Virus record (IMG/VR): IMGVR_UViG_3300027740_000116
Coordinates: 1 to 45,570 of that record
DNA: 45,570 nucleotides
Source of the DNA: a virus
Taxonomy: Duplodnaviria; Caudoviricetes
Strand: one strand, 5' to 3'
In this document: piece by piece, positions 1-8,541 of the stretch
How the letters are laid out: every line of letters begins with the position of its first letter
Position numbering within the stretch: position 1 is the first letter of the stretch
Notes under the pieces: generated by a model
Told to the model about the DNA's origin: nothing
The model's input: only the letters and a program-made list of their open reading frames with translations
Databases searched by the model: none
Translations under genes and position numbers: made by a program

Positions 1-196
1 AGAAGTTGCACCAGCCGTCCAGGGAGAACTGCCGCGCCGCATGTCCCCGCGCTGCCAGGTCAAGCAGTTCCTTCTCCGACGGCGAAGCATCCTTCCAGAC
101 ATCCCTGACCTGCTCGACCAGCGCGTCGAAACTCACGCCCGGCGGAAGCGCCGCGCGAATTTCAGCTTCGAGTTCTGCAAGTCGTTCGTCGATCAT
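1..196 (-). CDS. terL: Terminase large subunit, N-terminal part (continues across the window junction into 45570..43940)
   Basis: ATG at 196, directly after the stop of the upstream ORF; manual translation MIDERLAELEAEIRAALPPG...FSLDGWCN is open to position 1 and joins in frame to FYWCIYRREYPQAHYPIAEALIESVK at the window end. Confidence 0.85.
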   Translation of the reverse strand, partial: MIDERLAELEAEIRAALPPGVSFDALVEQVRDVWKDASPSEKELLDLAARGHAARQFSLDGWCNF

Positions 197-197
197 A

Positions 198-407
198 TCA
201 ATCCAGAAAACAGATCACCATCAGACCCAGCACCAGAAGACCGTACACCAGGAACACCAGCTTCCAGAGCAGCCGCGTGAAGGCTTCCACCAATTCAGGC
301 TTGCCCTTGCGATTCACGACGATCACGCCGATCCCTACGATCAGCACCGTTACAACCGTTTGAGCAAAAACCATCTGCAGGTAATCGATCAGCGAAAGGT
401 GATTCAT
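198..407 (-). CDS. Small two-TM membrane protein
   Basis: MNHLSLIDYLQ... with two hydrophobic segments; TAATG coupling to the upstream ORF. Confidence 0.65.
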   Translation of the reverse strand: MNHLSLIDYLQMVFAQTVVTVLIVGIGVIVVNRKGKPELVEAFTRLLWKLVFLVYGLLVLGLMVICFLD

Positions 408-715
408 TACACCTCGAGCCGCGAAAGCAGCAACTCGACTCCCGCCCTCATACAATCGATGTGCCTGGTCTGCACCTGCAACTGGTCTGCCATCGGACAA
501 ATTTCCTGGACTGCGTCCTTCTCATTGCCCCCTGCCGGCATCGGCACCTCTGGAGCCAATACAGGCGAAAGCCGATTCTCCAACTCCACGAGACTCTTTT
601 CCAGAAGTTCCACAGAAGCGCCTAACGCCACCATTCTTTTGAGAACAAGCGGCTCCCTCATCGCGCCTTGATCTATCCGCGGCGGTGTTACTGCAAAGCC
701 TACACTTCCTATCAT
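407..715 (-). CDS. Hypothetical coiled-coil protein
   Basis: 102-aa ORF in the terS-terL gene run, with heptad-like leucine pattern. Confidence 0.55.
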   Translation of the reverse strand: MIGSVGFAVTPPRIDQGAMREPLVLKRMVALGASVELLEKSLVELENRLSPVLAPEVPMPAGGNEKDAVQEICPMADQLQVQTRHIDCMRAGVELLLSRLEV

Positions 716-988
716 GGGTCCCTGCCTTTCTTTTTAGAACTGAAATTCCTACAAAACCTGAAAAAATTCTCGCACAGGGATATATATATATACTTAATTA
801 ATTTTCCAAGGTGTCCCCTGCGGTGGGGGGCTCTTTTCTGTGCGATTTTTTTTGAACGAAAACGTTTTTCAATTTTGGGACGGCCTGCCATGGGTGGGTG
901 AGTGGTGCGCTTGCGTGTGCATGGATGCGTGACGCGTGCCTCCTCTTCGGGTGGCTCATAGCCTGGCACGTATGCCAGCATAGGCGCG

Positions 989-1531
989 CTATCCATTCGG
1001 GTCCTGACTGGTGGGGGAGACGTCAATCACCTCGCTATCTGCACTACTATGCGCAGTATTATTGGTTGCGGATATGGCAATCTCCGAAACAGACGAGATT
1101 TGACGCCTGATATATTCGAGTACAGCGGCTCCCAGCAGTGCGTGTACTGATCCTGGCTGGGCCGGCTGCTGCTGCGATTCTGCCAGTCCTGACTCTTGCA
1201 AGATGAAACGGGCCGCGTCCACCTGCTTTACACTTTTAGGATCTAGTGCTTTTTCCATGACCGCGGTACCGATCGCCTCCACTACTTGCATGTCGGATGG
1301 CAGCTCAACACTCTTGGATGCTTTTTGCAAGTGCTTGGCTGCACCCTCGAGTAACTTCTGCTGTTTTATTTCCTGGCGGCGCGCATGGTACGCGCTGGAA
1401 TTTTGGGCGGTAATGGCATATTTGCCGCCGCCTGGGTTGGCAACGATCCTGCCTTTGTCAATGTCATACACCGCGCCATTCTCAAGTATTCTTGTTCTGG
1501 GCTTGGCCTGATCTTCTTGCGTCTCTTCCAT
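989..1531 (-). CDS. Putative terminase small subunit
   Basis: 180 aa from MEETQED with GGAG RBS; helical core (AIGTAVMEKALDPKSVKQVDAARFIL) and disordered tail; upstream of terL in the same orientation. Confidence 0.55.
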   Translation of the reverse strand: MEETQEDQAKPRTRILENGAVYDIDKGRIVANPGGGKYAITAQNSSAYHARRQEIKQQKLLEGAAKHLQKASKSVELPSDMQVVEAIGTAVMEKALDPKSVKQVDAARFILQESGLAESQQQPAQPGSVHALLGAAVLEYIRRQISSVSEIAISATNNTAHSSADSEVIDVSPTSQDPNG

Positions 1532-1545
1532 AGCTCCACCAAAAC

Positions 1546-1585
1546 AAAAAGCGGAAACCATCGAATGACGGTTCCGCTTTTTTTG
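1546..1585. terminator. Hairpin / bidirectional terminator-like inverted repeat
   Basis: AAAAAGCGGAA...TTCCGCTTTTT between the divergent terS and integrase units. Confidence 0.4.
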
Positions 1586-1699
1586 ATTTGCTCATATATT
1601 ATCACAATTCCCGATTGCAATAAATACCCTGAACGGTTACACGATCATGCAGAGAGACATTGCAGTTTTGAAATCCCCCGAAACTGGCACCCCCACCCC

Positions 1700-1728
1700 T
1701 TGACAAGTGTACTAATATTTGGTACACT
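1700..1728 (+). promoter_or_regulatory. Sigma70-type promoter with overlapping palindromic operator for the integrase unit
   Basis: TTGACA (1700-1705), 17 bp, TACACT (1723-1728); inverted repeat AGTGTAC-N9-GTACACT (1706-1728) spans the spacer and -10. Confidence 0.75.
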
Positions 1729-1869
1729 ATGGACAGTAAGACGGCACCCTAACAGCCGAATGGTACAAAACGCCCGCCCCTGCGACAACAGGGACGGGCC
1801 GGCTCACCCGCAAAGGTAAAGCCGATCCCATTGTACCCCCAAAATATCACCCGCAAAGGAGAATAAGCC

Positions 1870-1959
1870 ATGAAAATCATTATGTTAGCCATCTGTTTTG
1901 CGATCTGCTACTTCCTCGCAGACACCGCCATGATGCTCTACCACATGTTCGGTGGATAA
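1870..1959 (+). CDS. 29-aa hydrophobic peptide
   Basis: AAGGAG RBS followed by MKIIMLAICFAICYFLADTAMMLYHMFGG. Confidence 0.45.
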   Translation: MKIIMLAICFAICYFLADTAMMLYHMFGG

Positions 1960-1990
1960 CCCAGAACGCCCCACCCGGAAGGAACATCCC

Positions 1991-2302
1991 ATGAACGATC
2001 AACCCGCCTACAATTTCAACGACGCCCGCTACGCAAAGAACTGCGTTGCCGTTACCATCCCGTCAGCCGACGGCTGGAAGACTCCCGCCCACGTGATAGC
2101 CGATGGAGTCAAAGCTCGCTTCTCTCACCGTGAGAAGGCTTACATCATGACCCAATCGCAGTTCCGCCGCTTTCAATCCGCCTTTCAGGAAATCTGCAAA
2201 CACTCACCGGATCGTCTCTTCTCCCATGTCTATCCTGACGGCTCCCTGTTCGTCGGCTGCTGCGACTGCGGCAAGCCTCTCTGTGGAGGCGCAACACTAT
2301 GA
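1991..2302 (+). CDS. Hypothetical protein with C-terminal Cys cluster
   Basis: AAGGA RBS; ATGA coupling to the next gene. Confidence 0.65.
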   Translation: MNDQPAYNFNDARYAKNCVAVTIPSADGWKTPAHVIADGVKARFSHREKAYIMTQSQFRRFQSAFQEICKHSPDRLFSHVYPDGSLFVGCCDCGKPLCGGATL

Positions 2303-2520
2303 CCATCCCTCCCACCTGCACCCGCAACGAGATCATGAAGCGTCTGGGCATCAAGAGCCGCACCGCTTTCCATCACCTGAGACGCCGGTATCCACACGCC
2401 TTCATTGTTGTCCATCAGGGCTCGAAGCCCGGCGATCCAACTCTCTACGACAAAGCTGCCGCGGATAGTTTCATCGACTGGCGCAATTTCGGCAAGGCTT
2501 ATAAAGGTAAAACACAATGA
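2299..2520 (+). CDS. Small winged-HTH DNA-binding protein (excisionase/AlpA-like)
   Basis: TRNEIMKRLGIKSRTAFHHLRRR HTH pattern plus TLYDKAAADSFI; co-transcribed with the recombinase. Confidence 0.55.
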   Translation: MTIPPTCTRNEIMKRLGIKSRTAFHHLRRRYPHAFIVVHQGSKPGDPTLYDKAAADSFIDWRNFGKAYKGKTQ

Positions 2521-3008
2521 CCAGCAAATACCCCACGATCAATCTGCCAAGAGCGACGGCTATCTACCAAATCGTGAACACCGTCAACGGCTGGGTGTAC
2601 ATCGGCAGCACCCGCGACACAGAGAGCCGCCTCCATACGCACCTTGTGGAGCTGTACAGGAACAAGCACACCAACAGCAAGCTCCGCCAGGACGCGAACA
2701 AGTACGGCCCGAGCGTTTTCATCTTCTCAATACTTGAAACCCTCCCTGATTCGGCTACCGAAGCAGAGATGTTCGAGAGAGAGGTGTACTACACCCGGCA
2801 GGCTCACAGGCATGGAAAATGCTACAACCCCAAAGACCCGCGCGTTCGTCACGGTTGCCCTAAAAGAGTCTGTTCTATTTGCGGCGGTACACACCGCTCA
2901 AATTGGATGTGCGCGCAACACCTTATGGAGTGGCAGGACTTCTCCCAGAATGTGTCTAAAATCTCCTCCGAGGATTACATTCAACTAACAAAGGAACATC
3001 CCCAATGA
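2517..3008 (+). CDS. GIY-YIG family endonuclease
   Basis: AIYQIVNTVNGWVYIGST...R..H...H.N.KL..D..KYG...F.FSILE...E.E motif set; C-terminal CxxC..H.....C..H. Confidence 0.9.
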   Translation: MTSKYPTINLPRATAIYQIVNTVNGWVYIGSTRDTESRLHTHLVELYRNKHTNSKLRQDANKYGPSVFIFSILETLPDSATEAEMFEREVYYTRQAHRHGKCYNPKDPRVRHGCPKRVCSICGGTHRSNWMCAQHLMEWQDFSQNVSKISSEDYIQLTKEHPQ

Positions 3009-3907
3009 ATACATCTCTCGCCCTCCCTGCCTTCGACTACTCCGCCCTCGACCGCGCCGACCTGGCAGCCGGCACCCGCCGGCACTACAAAGCCGCGATT
3101 GCCCTGCTCCTGGCGGCGCAGATCGACCCCTTCGACTACTCCGCCCTGGCAAACTACGCCTTCAGCCTGCCGTCCTCGGGTCGCTCCAATCTCAAGGCAG
3201 CTCTCGCCATCATCACCCGCGACTATGTCAACCGCGCCAAGGCCGGCGCCAGTCTCCACAACCATGAGGCCGTGCAGGCGTTCTTGTGGAAGGTGGAGGC
3301 GATGAACGCGGCGATCACCGTCAGCCAGCCCGACGCCGAGAGACAGCCGCACTGGCTTTCCCAGGACCAGGTCAATAACCTGCTCGCCCTCACCAGATCC
3401 AGCCGGGATTACATCGTGCTGGCGGTCCTGCTCGGCGCCGGCCTCCGCCGGGAAGAGCTCGAAAACCTGACCTTCGGCGCCCTGGCGAAGATCCCCTACA
3501 ACGGGAAACTGTGCGAGACCCTCGCCGTCCGCGGCAAAGGTGACAAGACCCGCACGGTCCCGATCTCCGCCCTGCTCGCCTCCCGCATCCGCGCCTGGCA
3601 GGCGGAGACCCACAGCGCGCCCGAGGACCGCGTCGCCCGGCGGATCAGTAAAGCCGGCAAGCCGGGAGAGAGCCTCTCCGCCTATGGTATTTTCCGGATC
3701 GTCCGCAAATACGGCCTCCTGCTCGGCATCCCCGACCTGGATCCACATGATTGCCGGCGTTCCTATGGCAGACTGCTATACGAGGCTACCCATGATATTA
3801 TGCTGGTCAAGGACGTTTTAGGGCATCAGAGCGTCGCCACAACGCAGATTTACATCGGGCTGCAGCTCAGGCTGGGTCTGCCTGAGAACGCCTTCCCGGT
3901 TGGATAA
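3005..3907 (+). CDS. int: Tyrosine recombinase (integrase / XerC-like)
   Basis: Catalytic residues GLRREE (R), RGKGDK (K), HDCRRS (HxxR), LGH and TQIY (Y). Confidence 0.93.
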   Translation: MNTSLALPAFDYSALDRADLAAGTRRHYKAAIALLLAAQIDPFDYSALANYAFSLPSSGRSNLKAALAIITRDYVNRAKAGASLHNHEAVQAFLWKVEAMNAAITVSQPDAERQPHWLSQDQVNNLLALTRSSRDYIVLAVLLGAGLRREELENLTFGALAKIPYNGKLCETLAVRGKGDKTRTVPISALLASRIRAWQAETHSAPEDRVARRISKAGKPGESLSAYGIFRIVRKYGLLLGIPDLDPHDCRRSYGRLLYEATHDIMLVKDVLGHQSVATTQIYIGLQLRLGLPENAFPVG

Positions 3908-3957
3908 CATACCGCCGCCGCCCCATGAGCGGGACGACGACAGAAAGAAGCAGAACG

Positions 3958-4254
3958 ATGAAACCAACAATTGAACAGATTCAGAATGAAATTGAGCAGT
4001 TGAAAGAACTCAAGCCGAAGATTCGGCACTACTCAGCGTTTGGCGACGACAACCGCGCGTCAGTTCAGGCGCAGATCGACGTACTTGAGCGCGGCATGGA
4101 CGAAGATGGAATTTATAACCGATGGGATGAAGGCGAACGAGATATGAATATCCGTGACGCCGCCCTCGGTGCTTTGCAGTGGATGACGAACGGCGAAACC
4201 GACGATGGCGAAACCGGATTAGCAGAGGGCTGGAAAGGCTTAGTGCAAGAGTAA
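3958..4254 (+). CDS. Hypothetical acidic phage protein
   Basis: 98-aa ORF downstream of int. Confidence 0.65.
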   Translation: MKPTIEQIQNEIEQLKELKPKIRHYSAFGDDNRASVQAQIDVLERGMDEDGIYNRWDEGERDMNIRDAALGALQWMTNGETDDGETGLAEGWKGLVQE

Positions 4255-4313
4255 CGCAAGACCGCGACCCAATAGGCTGGATCGCGGCCTGCAAAATAAG
4301 CGCTCCCCTCAGA

Positions 4314-4359
4314 ACGCCTCCCGGACTCCTGAACCGTCAAGTCGAAGTCCGGGAGGCGT
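4314..4359. terminator. Hairpin between convergent transcription units
   Basis: Perfect 14-bp inverted repeat ACGCCTCCCGGACT / AGTCCGGGAGGCGT. Confidence 0.6.
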
Positions 4360-4371
4360 AATTTATTACGA

Positions 4372-4731
4372 TCAAGCGTCGTGCGCGACCTCCGAATTTA
4401 TCCCAGGCGTAGGGCGAAGCAGCAAGCCGCCTTTCTTCACGTGCTCCTGGGTCCACTGGTCAAGACCTTTTATCGTCTCGGGTCTGTACCATTCAAACTG
4501 AGCAACGCGGGAAGGGTCGCAATGGTAGAAATTTGACTGCATCACGCCCTTGCATCCAGATGTAGCACGGCATGAAATCATAAAAGGCGTCACGCCTTCA
4601 TCGGTATCTATTGTGACGACCTCACCGCGGCAGGTGTTGCATGTATACAAATTCATGCGGGCATGACCGGTTGCGGCTCGCTCATCAAGCCATTTTTGGA
4701 CTTCCTTTGACAATACAAATTTCTTACTCAT
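4372..4731 (-). CDS. Hypothetical Zn-binding phage protein
   Basis: YTCNTC...GVTPFMISC...C...EWYRP...EHV..GGLLLR; AAAGGA RBS. Confidence 0.7.
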   Translation of the reverse strand: MSKKFVLSKEVQKWLDERAATGHARMNLYTCNTCRGEVVTIDTDEGVTPFMISCRATSGCKGVMQSNFYHCDPSRVAQFEWYRPETIKGLDQWTQEHVKKGGLLLRPTPGINSEVAHDA

Positions 4732-4774
4732 GGTCTATCCTTTATTTAGGTAACAACATACTTGACGCACAAGC

Positions 4775-4900
4775 CTATTTACCCTCTTTCTTTTTCGGCT
4801 TTTTCTTCGGTTGCTTTTTGGGTTTTCGTTTCTTCTCTTTTGGAGTGTTCACAACGGTTTTAGCCATGTCCTTGAACTTCTCAAACTCTGACTTTGACAC
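4775..4900 (-). CDS. Small Lys-rich protein at the IS1595 end
   Basis: GGAGGA RBS and GTG start; MSKSEFEKFKDMAKTVVNTPKEKKRKPKK...; alternative coupled ATG at 4948. Confidence 0.55.
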   Translation of the reverse strand: MSKSEFEKFKDMAKTVVNTPKEKKRKPKKQPKKKPKKKEGK

Positions 4901-4944
4901 AAATGTTCCTCCGCCGATATTTTGGATGTGGATGGGTCCATCTT

Positions 4945-5220
4945 TCATGGGTAAACTCCATAATTGGGATGACGACGGTCACAGTATTCACAGCCCAAAT
5001 CAGACCAGTCGTAAATATCTTTTCCGCAATGCGGGCAACACTCTCCCCCGTCGTCGTAATCATCGCCCATGCTTGCAACAACAGCAGACTCAGCTTCCCT
5101 GTCGCAAGCATCACAGTAATATGGTTCAGTCAACGGAATCGGAAAGCCTTCATCGTCTAAGTAAAATTCATCGGGGGCTAGGATTTGCTCACTGCAACCA
5201 GAGCATTTTATGTACGTCAT
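4945..5220 (-). CDS. Acidic Cys-rich (four CxxC) passenger protein
   Basis: CSGC, CDAC, CPHC and CEYC; ATGA-coupled to the transposase fragment. Confidence 0.65.
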   Translation of the reverse strand: MTYIKCSGCSEQILAPDEFYLDDEGFPIPLTEPYYCDACDREAESAVVASMGDDYDDGGECCPHCGKDIYDWSDLGCEYCDRRHPNYGVYP

Positions 5221-5645
5221 TGGTTCACCCTATAGGTTTCATCGGCTTCGACTTCGCCGGAGAGTTTTTCAAGAGAACCCTGTTGCATGGCATATCTAAT
5301 CCGATGAAGAACAAACCACGCGGATTTCTGAGTCATGCCGAGAGAGCGCCCGATTTCATAGGAGCTAATCCCGTTCTTGGCATTGGCAATCATCCAAATT
5401 GCACAGAGCCACTTGTCAAGCCCGAGGGCGCTATCCTCGAAGATCGTACCGACCTTGACAGAGAATTGCTTCCTGCAAGCCTTACAGCGCCATATAAGAC
5501 GGGTTTTGATAAACCACTGCTCCTGCCCTCCGCAGTGTGGGCAGATAACCCCATCAGACCAACGGAGGCTAACTATGAACTCATGAGCGTTCTGTTTATC
5601 AGCAAAGTAAATCATGGCTTCTTGAAGTGTCTTAGGCTGATTCAT
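5217..5645 (-). pseudogene. IS1595-family transposase, truncated after the first catalytic Asp
   Basis: RW.DGV.CPHCG...WRCKACRKQFSVKVGTIFEDS Zn-ribbon, KNGISSYEIGRSLGMTQKSAWFVLHRIR HTH, LSGEVEADETY, then a stop 4 codons later. Confidence 0.92.
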
Positions 5646-5829
5646 GTGATGCTCCTAAAGAAAAAACTTTCCACGCCTGAACCCAATTATCGTAATGCGG
5701 ATTTCGCAAGCACCACAAGGCAAACTCACAACGAACCACATAAACTACATCGTATAAAGTGCAATCAATCAGGTACGAAACTGTACCTGATGAAAGCGAG
5801 CGAGCCTGACGAAATAGGCGTTCGTTCAT
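5632..5829 (-). CDS. Hypothetical passenger protein
   Basis: 65 aa; overlaps both neighbours within the IS operon. Confidence 0.5.
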   Translation of the reverse strand: MNERLFRQARSLSSGTVSYLIDCTLYDVVYVVRCEFALWCLRNPHYDNWVQAWKVFSLGASHESA

Positions 5830-6164
5830 GTCATGTCTACCAGTCTGCAAGCGTCAATTTTGAGCAACTGAGCAACAGCCTGAGCAATCACTGGGGACGG
5901 CTTGTTACCTTGCAAAACCGCGACCGATGGGGAACCCCAAGACAGATCGAAATCAACAAGAGAGAAATAACCAAGCGTAAAGCGTCGATGATTGACATAC
6001 AGGCGGGAGTCGTTCCACATCTTGAAGCGGATCGTTTCGCCGTCAATCTTGATGCTCTTGCCGTCCAGCATTGCCATCTCAGCGGGCAGGAGTGATACGG
6101 ATGAGAACTCAAGCCCGCCAATGGCTCGTTCGGTCTTGCAGGTTAGTTGAAGTTGGTTTGTCAT
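5826..6164 (-). CDS. Hypothetical passenger protein
   Basis: AAAGGA RBS; first gene behind the IS-end promoter. Confidence 0.6.
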   Translation of the reverse strand: MTNQLQLTCKTERAIGGLEFSSVSLLPAEMAMLDGKSIKIDGETIRFKMWNDSRLYVNHRRFTLGYFSLVDFDLSWGSPSVAVLQGNKPSPVIAQAVAQLLKIDACRLVDMT

Positions 6165-6190
6165 GTTTATCCTTTCGTTATTGTGTTTTT

Positions 6191-6219
6191 AGTATATCAC
6201 GAAAGGTTTTGTGTGTTAA
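6191..6219 (-). promoter_or_regulatory. Inward promoter within the IS terminal repeat
   Basis: TTAACA, 17 bp, TATACT, with extended -10 TG. Confidence 0.65.
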
Positions 6220-6240
6220 GTATATTGTTACCTTTATTTA

Positions 6241-6903
6241 TTATGGATATCGGAACGGCGACGGGAACTCACCCGCCGGCAGCTTCTCCAGCCCGGCGTG
6301 CTCCTCGTTCCTCTCCGGCACGATGTGATAATACGGCTCGTCCACTGCCACCAACAGGGGCACATAAACCGGCAGCTCCCAGTTACTCTTGAAGGGGCGC
6401 ACGATCGGGACTGTACCTGTCGGAGTGACATGATCGTCGATGTTGACCGCCTCCCCATACAGATGATTGTCGAGGACGTCCTGCACGGACGGCAGAGGCT
6501 TGCGCACGTCGATCGCCTCGAAGTACATATTGTTCCCCGCCACCCACTTCTCCCTGAGCACATAACCGCCGAAGACCCGCGCTAGGTCGAAGCGGGGATC
6601 CGGCATATCCAGGTCCAGCCAGTTGACATAATCGGCGTGCCCCGGAAAACCGGTGCCGTTGGTCAGCGCCAGGGTATTGCCCAGGCAGCGCCGCCACTGC
6701 TCATTGGTGAGCTGGGGATTCAGGTTCCGCCACAACCACTGCGCGCCCTCGTTCAACGGCACTGCATGGAAGGGCAGGATGCGATTCACCTCCGGCAGGT
6801 TCTTCCGCCACAGGGGCGGGTCGTCGTGCCGGACGCGCCAGTGGACGGAAACGACCTTCGGGATATAGGTCCGGCTAAAAACAGAGACACTATTAGGAAA
6901 CAT
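6241..6903 (-). CDS. Hypothetical protein at the end of the lysis operon
   Basis: 220-aa GC-rich ORF overlapping the upstream gene. Confidence 0.7.
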   Translation of the reverse strand: MFPNSVSVFSRTYIPKVVSVHWRVRHDDPPLWRKNLPEVNRILPFHAVPLNEGAQWLWRNLNPQLTNEQWRRCLGNTLALTNGTGFPGHADYVNWLDLDMPDPRFDLARVFGGYVLREKWVAGNNMYFEAIDVRKPLPSVQDVLDNHLYGEAVNIDDHVTPTGTVPIVRPFKSNWELPVYVPLLVAVDEPYYHIVPERNEEHAGLEKLPAGEFPSPFRYP

Positions 6904-7492
6904 GGATTAACTCCATCTTCTCTAACCCGGCAGCCGGAAGCTCTACCGGAATACCAAATACCTTCAGAAGTTGAAATTCGCCTAGATAAAAAATTATCCT
7001 GGAAGCAATAACGGGGTCGTCATGGATAAGCCCTAAAACTGTATTGCATTGAGCACAAAGCAGCCCGCGCACTTGGTTTGTTTCATGGTCGTGATCAACT
7101 GCTAAGGTTTTTCCGTTGTTGCTGCCGCCGCAAATCGCACAAAAACCTCCTTGCTCCTCTAGAACTTTGTTATATTCGAAAGCATCTATCCTGTATTTCG
7201 TTCTCAACGCATACTCTCTAATTTTTTTGGGGTCTCTGCAGCGAGCCTTTTTTGTGCCCTTTTCTCTATCTTTTCTGTATTTCTCCTTCCGTTGGGCAAG
7301 TATTTTCTCTTTGTTTGCTTCGTAATATTTCTTTTGGCTTGCTTTATTCTCAACAAAATGCGTTGCGTAATACTGTCTTTGAACCTTATTTGAGCATGTT
7401 TTACAGCAGGGACGCAAACCACCCGCGCAGCCCTTCTTTTTACCAAACTCACTCGGCGGCTTTACTTCGCCGCAATTAGTGCATTTCTTCAT
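6893..7492 (-). CDS. Endonuclease VII-like HNH nuclease (probable free-standing homing endonuclease)
   Basis: N-terminal KKCTNCGEVK...CKTC; CAICGG...LAVDHDHETNQVRGLLCAQCN..LG...DD; AT-rich; ATGA-coupled to the lysin. Confidence 0.88.
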   Translation of the reverse strand: MKKCTNCGEVKPPSEFGKKKGCAGGLRPCCKTCSNKVQRQYYATHFVENKASQKKYYEANKEKILAQRKEKYRKDREKGTKKARCRDPKKIREYALRTKYRIDAFEYNKVLEEQGGFCAICGGSNNGKTLAVDHDHETNQVRGLLCAQCNTVLGLIHDDPVIASRIIFYLGEFQLLKVFGIPVELPAAGLEKMELIHVS

Positions 7493-8541
7493 GGCTTTAG
7501 CACATACGTCCTTGTCTCTTCGCCGATCGTCAAGCCGATCTCGGGAGGGAAAACATCGACAGGTGCAGGCGGCTCCGGCGCAGGCTCCTCCACCACCACC
7601 CACGCCCAGCTGATGTACTGCATCCTGGTCCCGGCACTCGCCCATTCATCCCCCACCACCGGCGTGTCGTTTATTTTGGTCAGGTGCAGCCACTGTGGCA
7701 TGGCGACGTCCTGCCGGTCGGCTTCGATCGTGTCACCGTCCCGCAGGTAGCGCGAAGGGGAGAACGTGCTCCCCGCCGGCGTCTGCCGCCGCGTGACACT
7801 CCCGATCACCGTGCCCCGGATGATCATCTTCGTCATGGTATCTCCATTCGGCGGGAGTTCCCCGCCCACTTGAAACGTGTCCTTGAATTTCTGCGCGCCC
7901 CCGTTGAAATAATTCATATCGATCTCGAGGCTCTCCGCCCCATACTGCTCTCCGATCGCCGGCGTGCCGAACTGCCAGAACAGGCACTCCGCCCAGGGTG
8001 ACGGGACGCGCGCCTCTCCGACAGGCACGTAGGCTGCCAGCCAGAAGGGGAAGCGCGCAAACCAGTCCCGGTTGATGAGACTCACCGGCGCGTTGGCAAC
8101 CCAGTAGTAATAATTGGAATAGATCCCGATCCTGCCTGTCCTGCCTGCCGGCAGTCCGCTGATGTTCTGGAACTCCACCAGCAGGTCTTTCCAGAACTGC
8201 CAGCCGGTCCAGGCTCCCCCGTAGTGCTCCTCCAGGTCCAGGAAGTGCGGCAGCTCGCCGGCGTCCTCCGAGAGCAGACTCCACCACAGGCGCGCCTGCG
8301 CCCGAGGGTCGGCGCGGCTATCATAGAACCAGTACGAGCCGCGCGGCAAGCCTGCCAGTTTTGCCGCCTGCCAGTTATGAGCGAAGTCCGGATCCCGCCA
8401 GTTGTTCTGCCCGGCGCGCACGATCACAAAACTGGCGCCGGCGGCGCGCATCTTCCCGAAGTCCACCATCTGCGGGGTGCTGTCCGCATCCTGGTAGAAC
8501 GAGATATCCGGTCCGTGGACGTTACAGTTCTCGAATTCCAT
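7489..8541 (-). CDS. Endolysin, glycoside hydrolase family 25 (lysozyme) with C-terminal cell-wall-binding-like domain
   Basis: GPDISFYQ, FVIVRAGQ, RGSYWFY, LDLEE, FWLAAY, FWQF and IDMNYF GH25 motifs. Confidence 0.92.
   Translation of the reverse strand: MEFENCNVHGPDISFYQDADSTPQMVDFGKMRAAGASFVIVRAGQNNWRDPDFAHNWQAAKLAGLPRGSYWFYDSRADPRAQARLWWSLLSEDAGELPHFLDLEEHYGGAWTGWQFWKDLLVEFQNISGLPAGRTGRIGIYSNYYYWVANAPVSLINRDWFARFPFWLAAYVPVGEARVPSPWAECLFWQFGTPAIGEQYGAESLEIDMNYFNGGAQKFKDTFQVGGELPPNGDTMTKMIIRGTVIGSVTRRQTPAGSTFSPSRYLRDGDTIEADRQDVAMPQWLHLTKINDTPVVGDEWASAGTRMQYISWAWVVVEEPAPEPPAPVDVFPPEIGLTIGEETRTYVLKP

Larger units (their letters stand above)
4749..6232 (-). mobile_element. Non-autonomous IS1595-family derivative carrying passenger genes
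   Basis: 24-bp terminal inverted repeats GGTAACAACATACTTGACGCACAA and GGTAACAATATACTTAACACACAA (21/24 identical); 8-bp direct repeat TTTATTTA at 4741-4748 and 6233-6240; truncated IS1595 transposase inside; more AT-rich than the flanks. Confidence 0.9.

Noticed and set aside
3005-3907. Recombinase as the integron integrase responsible for the attC-like cassettes
   Set aside because: I see no IntI-type extra insertion or IntI-like motifs, and no adjacent attI/cassette array; an IntI HMM search would settle it
4641-6095. 484-aa plus-strand ORF
   Set aside because: Antisense shadow of the IS1595 transposase and passenger genes, and it crosses the IS boundary
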